This document shows, one piece after another, positions 47,540 to 57,188 of a stretch of DNA of 57,188 bases. Where the stretch lies: sequence record DRR723986_3008. One strand, 5' to 3'. A program made the position numbers and the translations under genes. Each line of letters starts with the position of its first letter. Positions within the stretch are counted from its first letter, which is position 1. The notes beneath the pieces were generated by a model. It was not told where the DNA came from. It did not search any database and worked only from the letters and a program-made list of their open reading frames with translations.

Positions 47540-48316
47540 CTAGCCCTGCCGCTCCACCATCATTTGCTTGATCTCGGCGATTGCCTTGGCTGGGTTCAGC
47601 CCCTTCGGGCAAGCATTGGCGCAGTTCATAATGGTATGGCAACGATACAGCCGGAAGGGGTCTTCCAGATCGTCCAACCGTTCGCCGGTGGCCTCATCGC
47701 GGCTATCAATCAACCAGCGATAAGATTGCAGCAGAACCGCTGGGCCCAAATACTTATCGTCGTTCCACCAGTAGCTTGGGCATGACGTAGAGCAGCAAGC
47801 GCACAAAATGCACTCATAGAGGCCGTCGAGTTTTTCACGGTCTTCATGGCTTTGAAGGCGCTCTTTCTCTGGCGTGGGCGACTGCGTCTGCATCCACGGC
47901 TTAATGGAGGCATACTGGGCGTAAAAATTGCTTAGGTCCGGCACCAAATCTTTAATAACTTCCTGGTGCGGCAGCGGCGTTATGGCCACGTCGCCTTTGG
48001 CATCTTCAATCGCCGTAGTACACGCAAGGCCGTTTTTGCCGTTGATATTCATAGCGCACGAGCCGCACACACCTTCGCGGCAGGACCGGCGGAAAGTGAC
48101 CGTGCTGTCCATTTCATTTTTAATTTTGATCAGCGCATCCAGCACCATGGGGCCGCAGGTGTCCATGTCTACCTCAAAGGTATCCATTTTTGGGTTTTCA
48201 CCGTCATCCGGGTTCCAGCGATACACATGAAACGCGCGGGTATTGGTGGCGCCGTCTGCTTTCACAGTGGTGCCTTTGCCAACTTTGGAGTTTTTGGGAA
48301 GTGCAAATTCAGCCAT
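47540..48316 (-). CDS. sdhB: Succinate dehydrogenase iron-sulfur subunit
   Basis: [36 protein letters not shown]. Confidence 0.98.
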   Translation of the reverse strand: MAEFALPKNSKVGKGTTVKADGATNTRAFHVYRWNPDDGENPKMDTFEVDMDTCGPMVLDALIKIKNEMDSTVTFRRSCREGVCGSCAMNINGKNGLACTTAIEDAKGDVAITPLPHQEVIKDLVPDLSNFYAQYASIKPWMQTQSPTPEKERLQSHEDREKLDGLYECILCACCSTSCPSYWWNDDKYLGPAVLLQSYRWLIDSRDEATGERLDDLEDPFRLYRCHTIMNCANACPKGLNPAKAIAEIKQMMVERQG

Positions 48317-48317
48317 T

Positions 48318-50108
48318 TTAATACACCCGCGCTTTTGGTTTGATATATTCAACTTCATCGGTCAGCGTATAGTCATGCACAGGCCGCTCACCTAAGGTCA
48401 CTTTGTTGCCTTCACCCAACCAGCAGGCTGTGTGTTTCATCCAGTTTTTATCGTCCCTATCCGGGTAGTCTTCATGCATATGCGCGCCCCGGCTTTCCTT
48501 ACGTGCCGCCGCACTGTGCATGGTTAGCACTGCTTGGCCCATCAAGTTGTCCAGTTCCAGCGTTTCAATCAGGTCACTGTTCCAGACCAATGAGCGGTCC
48601 GTTGTCTTGATATCATCAAGGCCGCCAGCAATTTCATCAATGTTTTTGACGCCTTCGGCTAGCACTTCCTCGGTTCTGAAAACAGCACAATTGGTTTGCA
48701 TGTTGCGCTGCATCTTCAGGCGAAGTTCCGCCGTCGGCGTGCCACCATCTGCATAGCGAGCCTTATCAAGGCGCCCCAGCGCCATGTCAGCATAGCCTTC
48801 AGGCAATGGTTTTTGCGCTGCACCCGCTGTGACAATTTCAGGCACCCGCTTACCAACCGCCCGGCCAAACACCACCAAATCAATCAGCGAGTTTGACCCC
48901 AAACGGTTCGCACCGTGAACCGATACACAGGCCGCTTCGCCGATAGCGAACAGGCCCGGCACAATATTGTCTGGGTTGTCTTTGGTTGGGTTGATAACTT
49001 CGCCCTGATAATTGGTCGGAATACCGCCCATATTATAATGCACCGTTGGCAAAATCGGGATTGGTTCTTTGGTGACGTCTACACCAGCAAACACTTTGGC
49101 ACTTTCCGAAATACCCGGCAGGCGCTCGTGCAAAATGGCGGGGTCAAGATGGTCCAGGTGCAGATACATATGGTCTTTGTCTGCGCCCACACCGCGGCCT
49201 TCACGAATTTCATTGGATATTGAGCGGGACACAACATCTCGGCTGGCCAGATCTTTGGCCGACGGCGCATAACGCTCCATAAAGCGTTCGCCTTCGGAGT
49301 TAATCAAAATGCCGCCTTCACCGCGCGCGCCTTCGGTGATCAAAACACCCGCGCCGTATATACCGGTGGGGTGGAACTGGATAAACTCAAGATCCTGCAA
49401 ACTAAGGCCGGCACGCAGCACCATGCCGCCACCGTCGCCGGTGCAGGTATGCGCGGATGTAGCCGAGAAGTACGCTCGGCCGTAACCGCCAGTTGCCAGC
49501 ACCGTTGCCTGTGACCGGAACGCGTGCAACGAACCGTCTTCCATATTCATGGCAATTACACCGCGGCATTCGCCGTCTTCCATTATCATATCAATGGCAA
49601 AATATTCGATGTAAAAGTCGCTGTCATACTTGAGCGACTGTTGATAAAGCGAATGCAGCATGGCGTGGCCGGTTCGGTCAGCCGCAGCACAGGTGCGCTG
49701 CGCGGCTGGGCCTTCGCCGAACTCCGTGGTCATGCCGCCGAAAGCGCGTTGGTAAATTTTACCTTCTTCGGTACGAGAAAAAGGCACACCGTAATGCTCC
49801 AGCTCGTAGACCGCAGCGGGCGCTTCGCGCACTAAATACTCAATTGCGTCCTGGTCACCAAGCCAGTCCGACCCTTTGACCGTGTCATACATATGCCATT
49901 GCCAGCTATCTTTACCCATGTTGCCAAGCGAGGCGGCGATTCCGCCCTGCGCCGCAACCGTATGAGAGCGGGTTGGGAAAACCTTGGTGATACAAGCGGT
50001 TTTCAAACCACTTTCTGCAAGGCCCATTGTTGCGCGCAGTCCGGCACCGCCAGCGCCAACAACAACAGCATCATAGGTATGTAATGTAATGGGATAGGCG
50101 TTCGACAT
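48318..50108 (-). CDS. sdhA: Succinate dehydrogenase flavoprotein subunit
   Basis: [20 protein letters not shown]-His, [17 protein letters not shown]. Confidence 0.98.
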   Translation of the reverse strand: MSNAYPITLHTYDAVVVGAGGAGLRATMGLAESGLKTACITKVFPTRSHTVAAQGGIAASLGNMGKDSWQWHMYDTVKGSDWLGDQDAIEYLVREAPAAVYELEHYGVPFSRTEEGKIYQRAFGGMTTEFGEGPAAQRTCAAADRTGHAMLHSLYQQSLKYDSDFYIEYFAIDMIMEDGECRGVIAMNMEDGSLHAFRSQATVLATGGYGRAYFSATSAHTCTGDGGGMVLRAGLSLQDLEFIQFHPTGIYGAGVLITEGARGEGGILINSEGERFMERYAPSAKDLASRDVVSRSISNEIREGRGVGADKDHMYLHLDHLDPAILHERLPGISESAKVFAGVDVTKEPIPILPTVHYNMGGIPTNYQGEVINPTKDNPDNIVPGLFAIGEAACVSVHGANRLGSNSLIDLVVFGRAVGKRVPEIVTAGAAQKPLPEGYADMALGRLDKARYADGGTPTAELRLKMQRNMQTNCAVFRTEEVLAEGVKNIDEIAGGLDDIKTTDRSLVWNSDLIETLELDNLMGQAVLTMHSAAARKESRGAHMHEDYPDRDDKNWMKHTACWLGEGNKVTLGERPVHDYTLTDEVEYIKPKARVY

Positions 50109-50114
50109 AATTAC

Positions 50115-50498
50115 TTATCCCCCAAACGCGATACGAAGAATTGAAAAAATACTCAGCGCTGCGATCAACACACAGCTGAAAGTCAAGGCGATTTGGCTGG
50201 CAAACTTGGTGCCGGGATCATAGACATAATCCTCAATCAACACCTGAAGGCCCAGCCGCATGTGGTAAACCATATTGGCCACAAACAGGATCATCAGCAC
50301 AGAAACAAGGGGCTGCTTCAGCCATGCAACCCATTCAGCATGCCCTTTGCCCGCATTACCAACAAAAGACACCACAAAAAACAGCACAAGCGGGATATTG
50401 GCAATGGCGGTTACCCGGTGGCTAAGCCAGTGGTGGGTGCCATCTTTGGCTGAGCCAAGCCCCCGTACCTTCGCGATAGGTGTTTTCATATCTGTCAT
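50115..50498 (-). CDS. sdhD: Succinate dehydrogenase membrane anchor
   Basis: RGLGSAKDGTHHW, HMRLGLQVLIEDY. Confidence 0.96.
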   Translation of the reverse strand: MTDMKTPIAKVRGLGSAKDGTHHWLSHRVTAIANIPLVLFFVVSFVGNAGKGHAEWVAWLKQPLVSVLMILFVANMVYHMRLGLQVLIEDYVYDPGTKFASQIALTFSCVLIAALSIFSILRIAFGG

Positions 50499-50499
50499 A

Positions 50500-50895
50500 T
50501 CAAATTACCCCCATCACTTTATAGGCAGCAAACCAAATGCCCAATGTGGCCACCGCAGCAAACACAAAAGTTGCCTTGGCCGTTAGTGAATTAATTTTTA
50601 GGTCATACAGGCGGCCCATATCCATAAATAAATGGCGGATGCCACTGCCCAAATGCTGCATTAAACTGAAGGTAATACCGAACAGTATAAGCCGCCCGAC
50701 CCACGACCCGGCATAACCCTGCACCGTGCCGAAATATTCATGGCCGGTTGCCATTGCCACCAACCACCATGTTAACAGTATTGCACCAACCGCAAGCGCA
50801 GACCCTGTTGCACGGTGAAGGATGGACACCGCCATATGCGCACCCCAGCGGTAAACCTGAAGATGAGGAGAAAGCGGGCGTTTCGCCTTTGCCAT
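50500..50895 (-). CDS. sdhC: Succinate dehydrogenase cytochrome b556 subunit
   Basis: RPLSPHLQVY, SILHRATG, H..SGIRHL..D. Confidence 0.96.
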   Translation of the reverse strand: MAKAKRPLSPHLQVYRWGAHMAVSILHRATGSALAVGAILLTWWLVAMATGHEYFGTVQGYAGSWVGRLILFGITFSLMQHLGSGIRHLFMDMGRLYDLKINSLTAKATFVFAAVATLGIWFAAYKVMGVI

Positions 50896-51172
50896 GTATA
50901 GTCCCCTGAATTTGTATCAATTTTGGCCCTACCGCCCGATAAACGAGCCGCAGTAATTTTCAGGCACAGGTTTAGCTTGCCTTGCCCTCTGTTCGCAAGC
51001 CCGTAATTCAACTATGCGACGTTATGTACTCACATTATTTTTACATAACTTTTTGGAAGGCGATTTCAGGATCATTTTTATCTGCCAAAATTGTCTGTTT
51101 TGCGTGTTGCCATCACACAATGGTCATGGCTATATTATTTTTAGGGCTAGAATAAAATACCGGGGGGATCAT

Positions 51173-53149
51173 ATGAAACAGCTTTCTGCTGTGCGGCCGC
51201 TTATCGCCGTAGTTATAAACCTAAGTTATTTAATGTTAAGTGCAACTGGTTCGCCAGCGCATGCACAACCACAATATGCAAAACCAGCCGATATTCCTGT
51301 TGAGGTTTTCGCTGCTCTGCCGCAGGTGAGTCAGCTGCGACAATCTCCAAACGGGCAAAAAGTTGCTTTTATGTCCAGTATTGAAGGCCGCAAGGTTGTG
51401 GTGGTTCAAAATTTGGACGGTAGCGACCGTTACATTCAGCCACCCATTGATGATGCAGACCTATATTCATTTCGCTGGGCCAATGATAAACGCCTGTTAA
51501 TGATGTATGAAATGACAGTTGTTCGAAATGAATACGTCAGTTTCAAGAATACAGAAAGCCGTCTAGCGGCCGTTAATGCGAACGGCACCAAAATGAAATG
51601 GATTGTTAAACCAAGTAAGGTCAAAAATGGAACAGGTCGCGGCGCTGTTCATGACAACCCTATGTGGCAAACTGAAATTATTGATATGCTGCACGATGAA
51701 CCTAACCACATTCTTTTATCGGTGGACGGTGATTTCAATGGCCAAGACGAAATTCGTAAAATTGACATAAGAAACGGAAAGTTCAAAGTTCTTGAAGACG
51801 GCTTTAGAGGTGTCCAACACTGGATGACTGACAGCGAGGGCGAGCCTCGCTTCGGGTGGGGCGTATGGCAAGAAGAAGAAATTGCCTATTGGAAGAACGC
51901 AGAAGGCGGCTGGGTACAGGTTACCAACCAAGACTGGTACAAAAATTACAGGTTCTTTGGCTTTGACCACACCCCTAATCACATGATCATATACGCGGCT
52001 GACGAGAAGGGCATGCGGGGCGTATACCGCCTGAATATTGAAACAGGCAAAATTGTAGAAAAGCTTTATTCTCAAGAAAAAGTCGACGTTAATCGCATTA
52101 TATATGACGATACTTCGAATGCGATTGTTGGCGTTGGCTTCGAGACTGATCTTTATCAGCAACATTTTTTCGAAAAAAGCAGAGCCAAACTGCACCGATC
52201 TATTGCAAATGCGCTTAAAGGCTACAACACACAAATCGTTGACTTTGACAAAGAGGCTGGACGTTTTCTCTTTTATGCCACCAGTGACACAGAGCCTGGT
52301 ATCTATTTACAGTTTAATCGTAAAACCAAGCAACTTCAGGAAGTAACACCTACGCGCTTTAATGTTCCTGTTGATTTAGCGGCACCAACAAAAGAAATAG
52401 AAATTACAACAAGAGACGGCGCCGTTATTCCAGCATTTATCACCACCCCTATTGGGAAAGAGGCCAAAAACTTGCCCGCTGTTGTCCTCGTGCATGGAGG
52501 ACCTCATGCTCGCGACGACGCCAGTTGGGATTATTGGGCTCAATTCCTGGCCTCAAGAGGATACGCTGTTTTAAAGCCGAACTTTAGGGGGTCAGAAGGC
52601 TATGGCCTTGATTTTCTTCAGGCTGGATACAACCAGTGGGGCGGCGTAATGCAGCAAGACGTTGCCGATGCAACCCAACAGCTTGTTAATGAAGGCGTTT
52701 TTGACCCAAGTCGCGTGTGTATTGCCGGTGCCTCATACGGCGGATACGCCGCAATGATGGGTGTTATCCAGAATCATGACATGTACCAATGCGCCGTTAG
52801 CGTGAATGGTGCGGTCAATCTACCACGGCTAAAAAATGCAGACGCTGTGTTTTGGGGTACACGAGAGTGGCGCGAAAGAATTGGCTTAACCGGCTCTAGT
52901 GACAGAGACGTTTCGCCGTTCCATCAAGTAGAAAAGATTAATCGCCCGGTGCTGATCATGGCATCAAAAGACGATACACGGCTTAAAATCGTTGATAGCG
53001 AAAATCTTCATGGCCGTCTGAAGTCCCAAGGCAAAGACAGCCAATTTGTGAAAATTGAAGATGGGGGCCATAACATGGACACAGCTGCTTCCCGGCTGAC
53101 CAAGTTAAAGTCTATGGAAAAATTCCTCGCTAAGCATATTGGAGATTAA
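51173..53149 (+). CDS. Secreted S9 family peptidase (prolyl oligopeptidase / dipeptidyl peptidase-like)
   Basis: Signal peptide ending AHA, VHGGP, NFRGSEGYG, GASYGGY, GGH; ATG 51173 after GGGGGGA. Confidence 0.9.
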   Translation: MKQLSAVRPLIAVVINLSYLMLSATGSPAHAQPQYAKPADIPVEVFAALPQVSQLRQSPNGQKVAFMSSIEGRKVVVVQNLDGSDRYIQPPIDDADLYSFRWANDKRLLMMYEMTVVRNEYVSFKNTESRLAAVNANGTKMKWIVKPSKVKNGTGRGAVHDNPMWQTEIIDMLHDEPNHILLSVDGDFNGQDEIRKIDIRNGKFKVLEDGFRGVQHWMTDSEGEPRFGWGVWQEEEIAYWKNAEGGWVQVTNQDWYKNYRFFGFDHTPNHMIIYAADEKGMRGVYRLNIETGKIVEKLYSQEKVDVNRIIYDDTSNAIVGVGFETDLYQQHFFEKSRAKLHRSIANALKGYNTQIVDFDKEAGRFLFYATSDTEPGIYLQFNRKTKQLQEVTPTRFNVPVDLAAPTKEIEITTRDGAVIPAFITTPIGKEAKNLPAVVLVHGGPHARDDASWDYWAQFLASRGYAVLKPNFRGSEGYGLDFLQAGYNQWGGVMQQDVADATQQLVNEGVFDPSRVCIAGASYGGYAAMMGVIQNHDMYQCAVSVNGAVNLPRLKNADAVFWGTREWRERIGLTGSSDRDVSPFHQVEKINRPVLIMASKDDTRLKIVDSENLHGRLKSQGKDSQFVKIEDGGHNMDTAASRLTKLKSMEKFLAKHIGD

Positions 53150-54018
53150 GCCCGAGCCATAGAGGTGGCCATTTTCACAATGCGCCGGGCTTCAGCCACA
53201 TGCAGTTCTTCGATCATGCGGCCATTCAGCACGGCCACGCCTTTGCCCTCTGCCATTGCTGCATCAAATACCTCTATCATAAGCCGGGCCTGCTCCAGGT
53301 CGGCTTTTGATGGCGCAAAAATAGAGTTGGCCGCCTCCACCTGACCGGGATGAATGAGGGTTTTGCCGTCGAAGCCCATATCGCGCGCTTGTATGCATTC
53401 GGCCTCAAAACCCGTTTCGTCTTTAAAGTCACTATACACGCCATCGAGAATATTCAGGCCGTAAGCCCGCGCAACCAACAGCGCGTGCGAAAGCGCATGC
53501 ATCACCGGCGCACGATCCGGCACATGACGCGCGCGCAAGTCTTTAGTTAGATCATTGGTGCCAACAACTAATGTTGTTAGCCTGTCATGGCTGGTGGCAA
53601 TTTCTTCCGCGCGCAAAAAGCCGCGCGGTGACTCCAACATAACCCAAAAGGCACACTGGGTATCAGCGCTGTGCCACACCATTTCCTCAGAAACTTTGTT
53701 CAGGGCTGCGGCGTCTTCCACTTTTGGCAGCAAAATAGCCGCCGGGCTGCATGCCCCAACTGACGCCAAATCATCGCGCCACCAATCTGTGTCTATGCCA
53801 TTAATGCGCACAACAAGCTCACGCTCGCCGTATTCCCCAGACCCAAGGGCAGCAGCCACAAGGTTGCGGGCTTCTGCTTTTGCAGCGGGTGCAACCGCGT
53901 CCTCCAGGTCAAACACCAGCGTGTCTGCCTTTATGGTTTTAGCTTTTTCCAAAGCCCGGGCATTTGAACCGGGCATAAATAGCACGCTTCGCCTTGGTCT
54001 CATTTCCTGTTTTTCCAT
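53146..54018 (-). CDS. CitE/HpcH family CoA-ester lyase (malyl-CoA thioesterase Mcl2-like)
   Basis: RSVLFMPGSNARALEKA, FDLEDAVAP, VRIN, GTNDL, GFDGKTLIHP; start may be 54003. Confidence 0.88.
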   Translation of the reverse strand: MEKQEMRPRRSVLFMPGSNARALEKAKTIKADTLVFDLEDAVAPAAKAEARNLVAAALGSGEYGERELVVRINGIDTDWWRDDLASVGACSPAAILLPKVEDAAALNKVSEEMVWHSADTQCAFWVMLESPRGFLRAEEIATSHDRLTTLVVGTNDLTKDLRARHVPDRAPVMHALSHALLVARAYGLNILDGVYSDFKDETGFEAECIQARDMGFDGKTLIHPGQVEAANSIFAPSKADLEQARLMIEVFDAAMAEGKGVAVLNGRMIEELHVAEARRIVKMATSMARA

Positions 54019-54074
54019 TTACCAACCCTTTTTTCCCAGCTTCAATCACACCCTGAGCGCAGAAAACATGCAAC

Positions 54075-54105
54075 AAAAAAGCGGCGACACGTGCATGCCA
54101 CCGCT
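54075..54105 (-). terminator. Intrinsic terminator after asd
   Basis: Minus strand AGCGGTGGCA-TGCACG-TGTCGCCGCT-TTTTT. Confidence 0.8.
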
Positions 54106-54132
54106 CAATGTACATTTTAACAATGCCAAAAA

Positions 54133-55155
54133 TCAGTCCACGGACATTAAACCTTGATTGAGCAGGCTTTCTGCAATTTGCACTGCATTCAGGGCCGCGC
54201 CCTTGCGCAAATTATCAGACACCACCCATATATTCAGGCCGTTCTTAACGGTTTTATCCGCCCGAATACGGGAAATATACGTCGCAAAATCACCGACACT
54301 GTCCACCGGTGTGATGTAGCCGCCGTCTTCCCGCTTATCGACAACCAAACAGCCCGGTGCGTTGCGCAACACTTCGCGCGCCTCGTCTTCAGTTATCGCA
54401 TCTTTAAACTCAATGTTGATCGCTTCGGCGTGACCTATAAACACCGGCACGCGCACCGCTGTTGCTGTCACCTTTATGTTTGGATCCAGCATTTTGTGCG
54501 TTTCGGCCATTAGCTTCCATTCTTCTTTGGTATAGCCATCATCCATAAACACATCGATGTGTGGAATCACATTAAACGCAATTTGCTTTGTGAAACTTTC
54601 CGGCTCTACTGGGTCATTTACAAAAATCGCCCGTGTCTGCCGGAACAGTTCGTCCATGGCCTGGTTACCTGCGCCAGAAACTGATTGGTAGGTGGAAACA
54701 ACAATCCGCTTAATGATGGCGGCGTCATGCAATGGTTTCAGGGCCACCAGCATCTGTGCGGTTGAACAATTGGGGTTGGCGATAATATTTTTCTTGGCGA
54801 ACTTCTTGAGTGCTTCCGGGTTCACTTCAGGCACAACGAGCGGCACATCCGGGTCCATCCGGTAATGAGACGAATTGTCAATCACCACTGTGCCAGCCGC
54901 CGCGGCCTTGGGGCCAAACTCTTTGGAAACGCTAGAGCCCGCAGCAAACAGGGCGATATCAACACCGGAAAAATCGAATGTGTCGAGTGCGACAATCTTC
55001 AGCTCTTTGTCACCGTAATCAACGATCTGACCAATGGACTTACGAGATGCAATCGCAATAATTTCCGTAGCAGGAAAGTTCCGCTCAGAAAGAATATTCA
55101 GCATTTCACGACCGACATTACCGGTCGCCCCTACAACAGCGACACGAAAACCCAT
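54133..55155 (-). CDS. asd: Aspartate-semialdehyde dehydrogenase
   Basis: VVGATGNVG, IANPNCST, STYQSVSGAG, DNLRKGAALNAVQ. Confidence 0.98.
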   Translation of the reverse strand: MGFRVAVVGATGNVGREMLNILSERNFPATEIIAIASRKSIGQIVDYGDKELKIVALDTFDFSGVDIALFAAGSSVSKEFGPKAAAAGTVVIDNSSHYRMDPDVPLVVPEVNPEALKKFAKKNIIANPNCSTAQMLVALKPLHDAAIIKRIVVSTYQSVSGAGNQAMDELFRQTRAIFVNDPVEPESFTKQIAFNVIPHIDVFMDDGYTKEEWKLMAETHKMLDPNIKVTATAVRVPVFIGHAEAINIEFKDAITEDEAREVLRNAPGCLVVDKREDGGYITPVDSVGDFATYISRIRADKTVKNGLNIWVVSDNLRKGAALNAVQIAESLLNQGLMSVD

Positions 55156-55258
55156 TTTAAATCTCCTATTGGGTATTTAACCCACTTTGAATAGTCGCCA
55201 TGTCTTTAAACGACCATTTTGCCTGAGTCAGCAAAGTTTTTATCGTCTCTCGAATTAG

Positions 55259-56356
55259 TTACTTTTCTAGACAGTTCAAGGCGGCCAATACTGCATCACC
55301 CATGCCGTCAGTGCCGACCTTATTCATGCCTTTGGTCCAGATGTCACCGGTGCGCGCGCCAGACGCCAAAGTATGGTCAACCGCTGCTTCCACCGCGTCC
55401 GCTGCATCGCCCATATCAAGCGAATAACGCAGCGCCATCGCGAAGCTTAAAATCGCCGCGATGGGGTTGGCCAAATTCTGCCCTGCAATATCCGGTGCCG
55501 ATCCATGCACTGGTTCGTACAAGCCCGGCCCGCCGTTCCCCAGCGATGCAGACGGCAACATACCAAGCGACCCGGTTAGCATAGCCGCAGCATCAGAGAG
55601 TATATCTCCGAACAGGTTGTCGGTCAGAATAACATCAAATTGCTTGGGCTCTTTCACCAGTTGCATGGCGCAATTGTCAGCCAGAATATGCTCCAGCTTC
55701 ACGTCAGTATATTCCGCAGCGTGCAGTTTGGTTACTTCTTCGCGCCATAGCACGCCCGCTTCCATTACGTTGGCTTTCTCGGCGCTGTGTACACGGCCAC
55801 CGCGTTTGCGCGCCATGTCAAAGGCCACATGCGCGATACGAATAATCTCGGCATCGGTGTAGCGCTGGGTGTTGATACCCACACGGCCACCGTCAGGCAG
55901 GTCTTCAATACCGCGTGGTTCGCCGAAGTAAACCCCGCCCGCAAGCTCCCGCACAAACAATATATCAAGGCCGGCGACCAATTCGCGCTTTAGGCTAGAG
56001 GCGTCCGCCAGCGCATCAAAACACATGGCGGGGCGCAGGTTGGCAAACAAGTCCAGATCTTTACGAAGGCGCAGCAAACCGGCTTCCGGGCGCTTAGCAT
56101 AATCCACCTTGCCGTCCCACTGCGGGCCACCAACCGCACCCATTAATATGGCATCAGAAGCCTTTGCGGCCGCCAATGTTGTATCTGACAAAGGCACACC
56201 ATCCGCCTCGTAAGCACAACCGCCAATCAGGCCGTCATTTACATTGAAAGAAACGCCGTGCGCGCTTTCAACCCACGTCATGACCCTCCGCACCTGCGCC
56301 ATAATCTCAGGGCCGATGCCATCGCCGGGTAACATTGTTATAGTGAATGTGGTCAT
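55259..56356 (-). CDS. leuB: 3-isopropylmalate dehydrogenase
   Basis: [41 protein letters not shown]. Confidence 0.98.
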   Translation of the reverse strand: MTTFTITMLPGDGIGPEIMAQVRRVMTWVESAHGVSFNVNDGLIGGCAYEADGVPLSDTTLAAAKASDAILMGAVGGPQWDGKVDYAKRPEAGLLRLRKDLDLFANLRPAMCFDALADASSLKRELVAGLDILFVRELAGGVYFGEPRGIEDLPDGGRVGINTQRYTDAEIIRIAHVAFDMARKRGGRVHSAEKANVMEAGVLWREEVTKLHAAEYTDVKLEHILADNCAMQLVKEPKQFDVILTDNLFGDILSDAAAMLTGSLGMLPSASLGNGGPGLYEPVHGSAPDIAGQNLANPIAAILSFAMALRYSLDMGDAADAVEAAVDHTLASGARTGDIWTKGMNKVGTDGMGDAVLAALNCLEK

Positions 56357-56369
56357 TCTATTGTCCTGC

Positions 56370-56978
56370 TTATCCCTGACGGTAAAGCCAAGGTGTCATC
56401 ATTTTCTGTTTGGCCTCAAAGTCACTGATCGCTCGCTCGGAACGCAGGGTCTGGCCGATTTCGTCCAGACCTTCCATCAACATGTCTTTGTGCGTTGGGT
56501 TAAAGTCAAACTTATACAGCGCGTTCTCGCACGAGACAGTTTGCGCTTCCAGATCAACAGTAATGGCGTGGCCTGCTTCAGCCGCGATCACTAGCGCATC
56601 AACATCGGTCTGAGGCAGGGCGACGGTTAGAATGCCGTTTTTGATGCAATTTCCCGCAAAAATATCGGCAAAGCTAGGCGCAATGATGCAGCGGAAGCCC
56701 ATTTCACCAATAGCCCACGGCGCATGCTCGCGGCTGGAACCGCATCCAAAATTATCACCCGCAACAAGTATCTGCGCGCCTTTGTAGCGTGGGCCGTCAA
56801 ACACATTGCCTTCAATAGGACTGCCGTCAGCGTTATAACGCACACTTTCAAAGGCACCGGCAGCAAAGCCTGTGCGTTTGATAGACTTGAGAAACTTGGC
56901 TGGAATGATGATGTCCGTATCCACATTTGCACGCGGAAACGGCGTGGCTATTGAGGTAACTTTGTTAAATTTTTCCAC
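56370..56978 (-). CDS. leuD: 3-isopropylmalate dehydratase small subunit
   Basis: [36 protein letters not shown] start. Confidence 0.97.
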   Translation of the reverse strand: MEKFNKVTSIATPFPRANVDTDIIIPAKFLKSIKRTGFAAGAFESVRYNADGSPIEGNVFDGPRYKGAQILVAGDNFGCGSSREHAPWAIGEMGFRCIIAPSFADIFAGNCIKNGILTVALPQTDVDALVIAAEAGHAITVDLEAQTVSCENALYKFDFNPTHKDMLMEGLDEIGQTLRSERAISDFEAKQKMMTPWLYRQG

Positions 56979-56992
56979 CGATTCAGCCTTTC

Positions 56993-57188
56993 CTAAAAGT
57001 CGCGCACGTCAACGAAATGACCAGCGATTGCGGCCGCCGCCGCCATGGCAGGGCTTACCAAATGGGTGCGCGCACCCGGCCCTTGCCGCCCTACAAAATT
57101 GCGGTTGCTGGTTGAGGCCACATGCTCACCCGGCAATGCCTTGTCGGCATTCATGGCAAGGCACATGGAACAGCCCGGCTCGCGCCAC
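56993..57188 (-). CDS. leuC: 3-isopropylmalate dehydratase large subunit, 3' part (truncated by window edge)
   Basis: Hand-translated [15 protein letters not shown]...[12 protein letters not shown]...[23 protein letters not shown]. Confidence 0.96.
   Translation of the reverse strand, partial: WREPGCSMCLAMNADKALPGEHVASTSNRNFVGRQGPGARTHLVSPAMAAAAAIAGHFVDVRDF

Overview
Core chromosomal segment of an alphaproteobacterium (about 50% GC by eye; gene content suggests a free-living, probably marine lineage, which is inference). In order: (1) 1-10140, a microaerobic respiration island with ccoN(3' part)OQP-ccoGHIS, ompW, hemN, a small hypothetical gene and a DNR-like Crp/Fnr regulator with an unusual C-terminal Cys cluster, plus three FNR-type boxes; (2) 10309-16751, gapR, SDR, DUF1244, N-formylglutamate amidohydrolase, pyk, HAD, rpmJ and an M14 carboxypeptidase; (3) 16748-24602, arsC-aquaporin with no adjacent arsR, a DedA + ATP-grasp + DoxX-like unit, two tandem DUF2336 paralogs and two hydrolases; (4) 24716-29714, a Lrp regulator divergent from a lysine-catabolism-like operon that includes an unexplained ThDP enzyme; (5) rpsU, COQ9-like, xerC, adaA-ogt; (6) 33525-50895, the TCA supercluster sdhCDAB...zapE-mdh-sucCD-sucAB-lpdA, interrupted by a five-gene accessory islet containing a chromosomal AAC(3)-I acetyltransferase; (7) S9 peptidase, CitE/Mcl-family enzyme, asd, leuB, leuD and the 3' end of leuC. 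No rRNA, tRNA, CRISPR, prophage or IS element was recognised. Best leads for new biology: the Cys-tailed Crp/Fnr regulator module, the DedA/ATP-grasp pair, the ThDP enzyme in the lysine operon, and RNA hairpins positioned to control ompW, sucA and mdh-to-sucC expression. All calls come from motif recognition by eye; no database searches were run.
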